Shown here one piece after another: positions 62,250-64,000 of a DNA stretch of 64,000 bases. Source of the stretch: Narcine bancroftii (taxonomy: Eukaryota); NCBI RefSeq assembly GCF_036971445.1, contig NC_091480.1, forward strand, positions 61,878,001 to 61,942,000, in the 5' to 3' direction. The position numbers and the translations under genes were made by a program. How positions within the stretch are numbered: position 1 is the stretch's first letter; each line of letters begins with the position of its first letter. The notes beneath the pieces were generated by a model, which was given only the letters and a program-made list of their open reading frames with translations, searched no databases and was not told the DNA's origin.

Positions 62250-63735
62250 GGGGAGGGGGAGGATCCGCGGTGGGGAGAGGGGGAGAAACGGAGAGGATCC
62301 GCAGTGGTGGGGGGGAGGGAGAGGATCCGCGGTGATGGGGGGGAGGGAGAGGATCCGCGGTGATGGGGGGGGGAGGGAGAGGATCCGCGGTGATGGGGGG
62401 GAGGGAGAGGATCCGCGGTGATGGGGGGGGAGGGAGAGGATCCGCGGTGATGGGGGGGGAGGGAGAGGATCCGCGGTGATGGGGGGGAGAGGATCCGCGG
62501 TGATGGGGGGGAAGGGAGGGAGAGGATCCGTGGTTGTGGTGATGGTGGTGGGGGGGAGAGAGGGAGGGGATCTGCGGTGGTGGAGGGGGAGGGAGGGAGA
62601 GGATCTGCGGTGGTGGGGGGGGGGAGGGAGAGGATCCGCGGTGATGGGGGGGAGAGAGGGTGGGAACGGATTCGCGGTGATGGGGGGGAGGGAGAGGATC
62701 TGTGGTGGTGGGGGGGAAGGGAGGGAGAGGATCCGTGGTGGGGGGAGAGAGGGAGGGGATCCGCGGTGGTGGGGGGGAGAGAGGGAGGGGATCCGCAGTG
62801 GTATGGGGAGAGGGAGGGTGGGAGAGGATTCGCGGTGGTGGGTAGGGAGGGAACGGATCCTCGGTGGTGGTGGGAGAGGATCTGCGGTGGTGGGGAGGGG
62901 ATCCGCGGTGGTGGGGGGGAGGGAGAGGATCTGCGGTGATGGGGGGGGAGGGAGAGGATCCGCGGTGATGGGGGGGAGGGAGAGGATCCGCGGTGATGGG
63001 GGGGGAGGGAGAGGATCCGCGGTGATGGGGGGGAGGGAGAGGATCCGCGGTGATGGGGGGGGAGGGAGAGGATCCGCGGTGATGGGGGGGGAGGGAGAGG
63101 ATCCGCGGTGATGGGGGGGAGGGAGCGGATTCGCGGTGATGGGGGGGGAGGGAGCGGATTCGCGGTGGTGGGGGGGAAGGGAGGGAGAGGATCTGTGGTG
63201 GTGGGGGGAGAGAGGGAGGGGATTCGCGGTGATGGGGGGGGGAGGGAGAGGATCCGCGGTGATGGGGGGGGAGGGAGAGGATCCGCAGTGATGGGGGGGA
63301 GGGAGCGGATTCGCGGTGATGGGGGGGAGGGAGCGGATTCGCGGTGGTGGGGGGGAAGGGAGGGCGAGGATCTGTGGTGGTGGGGGGAGAGAGGGAGGGG
63401 ATTCGCGGTGGTGGGGGGGAGGGAGCGGATTCGCGGTGATGGGGGGGGAGGGAGAGGATCCGCGGTGATGGGGGGGGGAGGGAGAGGATCCGCGGTGATG
63501 GGGGGGAGGGAGCGGATTCGCGGTGATGGGGGGGAGGGAGCGGATTCGCGGTGGTGGGGGGGAAGGGAGGGAGAGGATCTGTGGTGGTGGGGGGAGAGAG
63601 GGAGGGGATTCGCGGTGGTGGGGAGTGGGGGGAGGGAGGTTAGACATAGAAACATAGAAGATAGGAGCAGAGGGTGGGAGAGGATCCGCGGTGATGGGGG
63701 GGGAGAGAGGGATGGGATCCGCGGTGGTGGTGGGG
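62250..63735. repeat. G-rich ~28-bp minisatellite in TMBIM6 intron 1
   Basis: GGGAGAGGATCCGCGGTGATGGGGGGGA units with higher-order variants. Confidence 0.95.
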
Positions 63736-63870
63736 AGGGAGGGAGACGATCCGCGGGGCCACCCGTCGGCCGAGGCCCAGTGGGTACGGAACGCCCGGGT
63801 GCGGAGCCCGGGGATGGGTGCGGGGTCCGGGTTCGTGGGCCCATCGCCTAAGGGGCCTGCGTGCGTGCGT

Positions 63871-64000
63871 ACCTACCGCCGCCGCCTTACCCTCTCTCTA
63901 CCGATTGCGCCACCCGCCCGACCTCCGGAGTTCAAGTACTGACGTCACTGAGTGGGCGCGTCACGACCGGAAGCGACGGGGATACGGGCACCGCGAGTTT
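63871..64000 (-). promoter_or_regulatory. TMBIM6: Probable TMBIM6 non-coding exon 1 and CpG promoter
   Basis: Candidate donors GTAAGG (63890) and GTAGGT (63876); CRE TGACGTCA 63940-63947; ETS-type CCGGAAG 63967-63973; CpG-rich. Confidence 0.65.

Noticed and set aside
62112..63851. 511- and 570-aa proline-rich ORFs
   Set aside because: Tandem-repeat artefacts inside TMBIM6 intron 1.

Overview
Vertebrate genomic DNA, most likely from a cartilaginous fish (shark/ray-type repeats; species not determinable from the window). There are three spliced protein-coding genes. CCNT1 (cyclin T1, exons 1-2 only, - strand) lies head-to-head with a complete KANSL2 (+ strand, 8 coding exons, ~491 aa), which hosts an intronic SNORA2-family H/ACA snoRNA. 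A complete TMBIM6 (Bax inhibitor-1, - strand, 9 coding exons, 238 aa) converges on KANSL2. CCNT1 and KANSL2 each carry a GT-AG minor-spliceosome (U12) intron. The 26.3 kb between KANSL2 and TMBIM6 is one six-level nested retroelement stack bounded by a 16-bp target-site duplication at the KANSL2 poly(A) signal: 5'-inverted L1 > solo LTR > near-fully inverted L1 > Gypsy provirus > full-length L1 > RTE. The best candidate for undescribed biology is that Gypsy. It has no tRNA primer-binding site, and that position instead holds a perfect 15-nt complement of its own LTR AATAAA region; its RT motif also reads YLDN. Other oddities are an ORF1-only L1 insertion with TSDs, a fold-back target duplication at the RTE junction, and splice-donor-bearing G-rich arrays. 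Most listed short ORFs are repeat-derived or spurious. No prokaryotic or CRISPR features were found.
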